Shown here in pieces: positions 59,414-64,000 of a DNA stretch of 64,000 nucleotides. Origin of the DNA: an uncultured bacterium (GTDB taxonomy: Bacteria; UBP14; UBA6098; B30-G16); the NCBI GenBank assembly GCA_965552135.1, contig CBEVQY010000012.1, forward strand, positions 1-64,000. Reading direction: 5' to 3'. Each line of letters begins with the position of its first letter. Position 1 is the stretch's first letter. The notes under the pieces are model-generated. The model was not told the origin of the DNA and ran no database searches. It was given only the letters and a program-made list of their open reading frames with translations. Position numbers and translations under genes: made by a program.

Positions 59414-60070
59414 TCATGTCAACCTCACGCCGTTTATCACAAGCTCAAAGTTCTTCCCCAAAAAGTCCGCCGCGCGGCGGGATATTATCATCCGCGTGAG
59501 GAAGATCTCGAAGTACTCCATAACAGAGGATATGTCGGGGTCGATGAGGATCGATAGCTCGATCGTGTCTTCGGATGCGACGATGAGCTTGCTGTCCCTT
59601 GCGGCGAAGTTGACCCTGTCGTGGATGTCGAAGGCCACGGTGTTCGGGTTGCGCACGCGGGAGAAGTGGACGTCGGATTTATCGGCGAGGATGAGCGCCG
59701 CGCAGATGTCGGAGACGATGTCGCCGTCGTCCTCGTGGTGGTTCCCCACCGCAGCAACGACCTCCAAAACCTCGCCGAGCTCCATCCCCACCTCAAGCAG
59801 AAGGTCGTAGGCGAGGATCGCGCTGTAGTGGGCGTGCGAGCGCCTGTTGACGACGTTGCCGATGTCGTGAATGTATCCGGCGATTTCGGCAAGCTGCGCC
59901 CGCCTCTCGTCGAAGCCAAGCTCGCGCAAAAGCATCCCGGCGCGCTGAGAGACTATGTCGGCGTGCCTGAAGCCGTGCTCCGTGTAGCCTATGACGGCAA
60001 GGCTCCTGTCGGCAGCCGAGATGAAGCTTCGTATGCGGGCGGAACCCTTTATATCCTCAAGCGTTACCAC
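59414..60070 (-). CDS. HD-domain phosphohydrolase
   Basis: [20 protein letters not shown] and DIHDRVN motifs. Confidence 0.9.
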   Translation of the reverse strand: MVTLEDIKGSARIRSFISAADRSLAVIGYTEHGFRHADIVSQRAGMLLRELGFDERRAQLAEIAGYIHDIGNVVNRRSHAHYSAILAYDLLLEVGMELGEVLEVVAAVGNHHEDDGDIVSDICAALILADKSDVHFSRVRNPNTVAFDIHDRVNFAARDSKLIVASEDTIELSILIDPDISSVMEYFEIFLTRMIISRRAADFLGKNFELVINGVRLT

Positions 60071-60124
60071 AAAGGCAAAGATACGCCAAAAGCGCGGTTT
60101 GTCAAAGGCATAATGAGCGCCGAC

Positions 60125-60424
60125 CTACCCCGCGCCCTTTTTGTAGATTGTCTTCCCGCCTACGACGATCTCGTCCACAACGGCGACTACGGTGGTGTCT
60201 ATCGGTCTCCCCTGGAGTCCTGTTGCGGTTCTTGCGGAGCTTCCGCGAACGATAAGGACCACATCGCCGACGCCGGCGTCGACTATGTCGACGCCAACAA
60301 GGCGCATCCCCTTTGGCGAAAGATCAGCCGGGTCGAGGACCTCGAGGGAAAGGAGCTTGAACCCCTCGATGAGCTCATCCTTCCGCGTCGCAACGACCGT
60401 GCCTGTTACGCGTGCTATCTCCAT
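60125..60424 (-). CDS. EutN/CcmL family microcompartment vertex protein (BMC-P)
   Basis: MEIARVTGTVVATRK...DAGVGDVVL..GSSAR...PID..VVAVVD. Confidence 0.93.
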   Translation of the reverse strand: MEIARVTGTVVATRKDELIEGFKLLSLEVLDPADLSPKGMRLVGVDIVDAGVGDVVLIVRGSSARTATGLQGRPIDTTVVAVVDEIVVGGKTIYKKGAG

Positions 60425-60438
60425 CGCTCAAAAAAGCC

Positions 60439-60467
60439 TTGCGCTTGGCAGCGCGCCTTTCTATAAT
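60439..60467 (+). promoter_or_regulatory. Sigma70 promoter for the downstream ncRNA
   Basis: TTGCGC-N17-TATAAT, 7 bp upstream of the structured RNA. Confidence 0.75.
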
Positions 60468-60473
60468 ATATGT

Positions 60474-60657
60474 GGGCGGGAAGGTAAATGACCCCCACAC
60501 CAAGACCAATGGAGGTTGCCCCCCGAGGTTGAGCTAACGCGATGACCCCTGCGGAAGGCGGCGCTGCTTTCCGCAGGGCGAGCGGATGCAAAAGACCGAG
60601 GGCGGCTATAAAATCCTCTATCGTACCCTCGAGGAGGGTCTGGTCGCCTTCCCGCCT
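60474..60657 (+). ncRNA. ssrS: Probable 6S RNA (~184-nt rod-shaped RNA)
   Basis: Closing stem GGCGGGAAGG/CCTTCCCGCC; GACCC/GGGTC; central unpaired region; GGTTGCCC/GGGCGGCT; apical stem CCCTGCGGAA/TTCCGCAGGG at the midpoint; followed by a T-tract; own promoter. Confidence 0.65.
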
Positions 60658-60677
60658 TTGTCTTTTATGGGCTTGGA

Positions 60678-61706
60678 TCATTGGGGAGTCTCTTGCTCCT
60701 CATCCTTCCGGGCGAGTCCGAGTTTGGCGCGGATTTCGCTTTCAAGCTCGCCTGCTATGTCGGGGTTGTTCTCGAGGAACTCCTTGGCTTTCTCGCGACC
60801 CTGACCTATGCGCTCGCCTTTGTAAGCGTACCAAACGCCGCTTTTCTCGATTATGCCGAGTTTGACGCCGAGGTCGACGAGCTCCCCGAGGCGCGAGATC
60901 CCCTTCCCGTAGATGATCTCGAACTCCGCGGTTCTGAAGGGTGGAGCGAGCTTGTTTTTGACGACCTTCGCCACCGTGTGCGCTCCGATGGTTTCCGTGC
61001 CAACCTTTATCGACGCCCCGCGACGTATCTCGATGCGGACCGTGGAGTAGAACTTGAGCGCAACGCCGCCCGTTGTGGTCTCGGGGTTGCCGTAGACCAC
61101 GCCTATCTTCATCCGGGTCTGGTTTATGAACACAAGCGCCGTCTTTGATCTTCCCACGGCGGCGGTAAGCTTTCGCAGCGCCTGCGACATAAGCCGCGCC
61201 TGCATCCCGACCTTCTGGTCGCCCATATCGCCCTCGATCTCTGCCTTCGGCACGAGCGCCGCCACCGAGTCGACAACTATGACGTCGACGGCGCCGCTGC
61301 GCACCAAAGTCTCCGCTATCTCGAGGGCTTGCTCGCCGTAGTCGGGCTGGGAGACCCAGAGGTTGTCGACGTCCACGCCGAGGTTCCTGGCGTATGTGGG
61401 GTCAAGGGCGTGCTCAGCATCTATAAAGGCGGCTGTGCCGCCCTGTTTCTGCGCCTCGGCTATTATGTGAAGTGCAAGCGTCGTCTTGCCCGAAGCCTCG
61501 GGTCCGTAAATCTCCGTTATCCTGCCCTTGGGTATGCCGCCTATCCCGAGCGCGTAGTCGAGCGAAATGCTGCCCGTGGAGATCACGGGGATCTTCTCCA
61601 CCGCCTTGTCGCCCAGGCGAATGAGGTAGCCCTTGCCGAACTGCTTATCTATCGCCTCTCGAACAAGCTCGATAGGCGTTATCTCTTTCTCCCCCTTCTT
61701 CGCCAT
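60678..61706 (-). CDS. recA: Recombinase RecA
   Basis: [28 protein letters not shown] and GGVALKFY motifs. Confidence 0.98.
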   Translation of the reverse strand: MAKKGEKEITPIELVREAIDKQFGKGYLIRLGDKAVEKIPVISTGSISLDYALGIGGIPKGRITEIYGPEASGKTTLALHIIAEAQKQGGTAAFIDAEHALDPTYARNLGVDVDNLWVSQPDYGEQALEIAETLVRSGAVDVIVVDSVAALVPKAEIEGDMGDQKVGMQARLMSQALRKLTAAVGRSKTALVFINQTRMKIGVVYGNPETTTGGVALKFYSTVRIEIRRGASIKVGTETIGAHTVAKVVKNKLAPPFRTAEFEIIYGKGISRLGELVDLGVKLGIIEKSGVWYAYKGERIGQGREKAKEFLENNPDIAGELESEIRAKLGLARKDEEQETPQ

Positions 61707-61727
61707 AGCGCCTCCCCGCTTTTCTTT

Positions 61728-62306
61728 TTACTCCCCCAGCCTGAAGCGTTCGATCACTTCGTAGATCGAGCCCTGTGGCGTCAACGTGCTTTTAAATAAG
61801 ATAACCTCGTCCGCCACGAACTCCAAGGGTTTTACGGAAAGCTTTTTCATGGCGGCAAGGAGCTGCCCGGTGTGGGCGGGCGATTTGACGCGACCGATGG
61901 TCAGGTGTGGGGAGAAGTTTTTGTCCTCCGGCGGCAGCCCGACCTCGCGGCAGGACCGTTCGATGACGTCGTGCATCTGGCAGAGCTCGTTCAGGTCGCC
62001 CTCCACGCCGACCCAGACGACCCTGGGCGATCTTCCGCCGAAGGTTCCCAGCCTGGCGAGGCGAAGCCTTGCCGGCGCAAGCTCGGAAAGGCGGGGCGCG
62101 ACAAGCGCCATAAGCTCGCCCAAAAGCCTAAACGACACCTCCCCCAAAAAGCGCAGCGTGAGGTGGATGTTCTTTGGCGCAACCCATCGAACCCTGGCGG
62201 GGACAGCGGAAAGGGGCTTTATGAGCTCCCCGTTTATCCACCCGCGGACGCCGTCGGGCAGCTCGATGGCGAAGAAGGCTCGAACTCTGTCTACGCCAGC
62301 GCTCAT
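61728..62306 (-). CDS. thpR: RNA 2',3'-cyclic phosphodiesterase (2H family)
   Basis: RAFFAI; HLTLRFLG and HLTIGR (two HxT motifs). Confidence 0.92.
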   Translation of the reverse strand: MSAGVDRVRAFFAIELPDGVRGWINGELIKPLSAVPARVRWVAPKNIHLTLRFLGEVSFRLLGELMALVAPRLSELAPARLRLARLGTFGGRSPRVVWVGVEGDLNELCQMHDVIERSCREVGLPPEDKNFSPHLTIGRVKSPAHTGQLLAAMKKLSVKPLEFVADEVILFKSTLTPQGSIYEVIERFRLGE

Positions 62307-63583
62307 ACCCACTCGCCCCCGTCCTCGAAAGGATATTCCTCGACCCTGCCGAAGGCGACCTCCGCCCACAGGATGTTGAGCGCAGCCGTTGCGGTCCTTG
62401 TGCGCACGGCGTTCCTGCCGCCCGTCAGGTGGTATCTCCTGCACAGGGTTCGGCTCGGCGTCGAGAGGGATATATACACAAGCCCCACGGGTTTTTGGGG
62501 TGTTCCGCCGCCGGGACCGGCGATGCCCGTTATGCCTATCCCGTAGGTTGCGCCGAACCTCCTTCGCACCCCTTCGGACATCTGCGTCGCCACCTGAGAG
62601 CTTACGGCGCCGTGCTCCTCAAGCGTGCTGCGCGAAACGCCCAAAAGTGTCTCTTTGGCTTCGTTTGCGTACGACACGACCCCGCCGAGGAAGTAGTCGG
62701 AGCTTCCGGGGATGTCGACTATGCGCGAGGCAAGCATGCCCCCCGTGCACGATTCGGCGGTTGCAACAGTTTCACCCCTTTCGCGCAGGAGCTCGCCCAA
62801 AACCGCCTCAAGCGGCTCGCCATCCCTGCGGGTGAAGGTGTATTTCTCAAGCTTTGGCGAAAGGGTTTTCTCTGCGGCGGCCAGGGCTTCGTCATCCGGT
62901 GCGGTGATGAAGACGTCGACGCCGCGAAGGGAGGGGTAGTACGCCACTTCCACGCCTTCGGGCAGCCGCATCGCCGCCACCCACTCCTCGATTCGCGACT
63001 CGGGCACGCCCACCGTCCTGAAGACCGCGTTTGGGATTGGCTGCAGCGCAGCTTCGCGGCGCAGGATCGCCTCGGCGGTGCGAAAAACCGCCTCCATCTC
63101 GCGCGGTGGACCGGGAAGGAGGAACACAAGCTTCCCCTCGTCGGTTTTGATGAATATTCCGGGCGCTGTGCCCTCGGGGTTGTCCATCGGCACCGCGCCC
63201 TGCGGCAGGTAAGCCTGAGCGAGGTTCGACTCCGGCATCTCGATGCCGCGGGCGGCGAAGAAGTCCTTTATTTTCTTGGCTATCCTCTGGTCGAAGACGA
63301 GCTTCCTCCCCAAAAACCTCGCCAGCCCTCGCCGCGTGGAGTCGTCGGGCGTTGGTCCAAGCCCGCCCGTGGAGAAGACGACCTGCGCACGCTGAACCGC
63401 ATCGCCGAAAGCCGCACAAACCCACTCCTCCGTGTCGGGAACGGTGCAGTGGTGGATCACCCTGACGCCAAGCAGGAAAAGCCTTTTCGCAAGCCAGGCG
63501 AAGTTGGTGTCGACTATTCGCCCGCGCAAAAGCTCGTCGCCTATCGATATCACGGCGCCTGTGAGCATCGCAGCCCTCCGCAT
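62303..63583 (-). CDS. cinA: Competence/damage-inducible protein CinA
   Basis: GDELLRG, GGLGPTPDD and AESCTGG motifs; lies in the cinA-thpR-recA order. Confidence 0.95.
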   Translation of the reverse strand: MRRAAMLTGAVISIGDELLRGRIVDTNFAWLAKRLFLLGVRVIHHCTVPDTEEWVCAAFGDAVQRAQVVFSTGGLGPTPDDSTRRGLARFLGRKLVFDQRIAKKIKDFFAARGIEMPESNLAQAYLPQGAVPMDNPEGTAPGIFIKTDEGKLVFLLPGPPREMEAVFRTAEAILRREAALQPIPNAVFRTVGVPESRIEEWVAAMRLPEGVEVAYYPSLRGVDVFITAPDDEALAAAEKTLSPKLEKYTFTRRDGEPLEAVLGELLRERGETVATAESCTGGMLASRIVDIPGSSDYFLGGVVSYANEAKETLLGVSRSTLEEHGAVSSQVATQMSEGVRRRFGATYGIGITGIAGPGGGTPQKPVGLVYISLSTPSRTLCRRYHLTGGRNAVRTRTATAALNILWAEVAFGRVEEYPFEDGGEWV

Positions 63584-64000
63584 CAGATCCTAAGCAGGTA
63601 CCTTGCTATCCAAAGCCCGATGTTGGCGTATACCCCCGAGACGACGTCGTCGAGCAGCACCCCCCATCCGCCCCCAAGCCTTTCCGCCGCGCCGGCAGGG
63701 GGGATCTTGACGACGTCGTAAAGCCTGAAAAGGAAAAAACCCAGCGCAAAAAGCCTCCAGTCCTTGGGCATACCGATGTAGGTTATCGCTGTTCCCACAG
63801 CTTCGTCGAGGACTATTTGTTTGGCGTCGGTCTTTCCGAAAAGCCTTTCGCCTCCGCCGCAAAGCACGCCTGCCACAGGTATCGCCAGGACCGTCCCAAG
63901 GACGTACCAAGGGGACTTTGTTGGCAGGATGAACCACACGAGCAAAGCCGCCCCGGCGCTGCCAACGCTGCCTGAGGCGAAGGAGAAGTAACCAAGCCCA
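63583..64000 (-). CDS. pgpA: Phosphatidylglycerophosphatase A (5' end outside the window)
   Basis: IVLDEAVG, FRLYDVVK and GVLLDDVVSG motifs. Confidence 0.9.
   Translation of the reverse strand, partial: GLGYFSFASGSVGSAGAALLVWFILPTKSPWYVLGTVLAIPVAGVLCGGGERLFGKTDAKQIVLDEAVGTAITYIGMPKDWRLFALGFFLFRLYDVVKIPPAGAAERLGGGWGVLLDDVVSGVYANIGLWIARYLLRI

Noticed and set aside
60542..60865. Small + strand ORFs between the BMC-P gene and recA
   Set aside because: They overlap recA antisense; the region is better explained by the structured RNA.

Overview
Bacterial chromosomal window, probably from an uncultured FCB-superphylum-like diderm. This is inferred from the many secreted proteins with T9SS-type C-terminal domains, plus lptB and a GT9 heptosyltransferase. 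Positions 90-10,100 are a visibly lower-GC island flanked by a duplicated piece of an ABC-ATPase gene; it holds a TrmB-family regulator, three YQG-motif fibre/adhesin-like genes and a propeller/PKD surface protein. The middle is a secretome-rich region: C25 gingipain-like and C10 proteases, two more YQG fibres behind a small CTD-bearing protein, a lectin and a 2260-aa repeat protein. These are mixed with housekeeping genes (carbamate kinase, nadK, mscS, lipA, rtcB, glyA, truD, lptB, deoC, recA, thpR, cinA, pgpA), a solo low-GC AIPR gene, tRNA-Leu(GAG) and a probable 6S RNA. The most unusual structure is a cas-less CRISPR array with a type III-like 37-bp repeat. In its trailer half, spacer positions are occupied by seven copies of a 49-50-bp element with 10-bp terminal inverted repeats (GTGGGGGTCA...TGACCCCCAC), which clip the repeats at a fixed point. 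The 3' part of this element also matches the 5' end of the 6S-like RNA 3 kb away. All calls come from reading the sequence; no searches were run.
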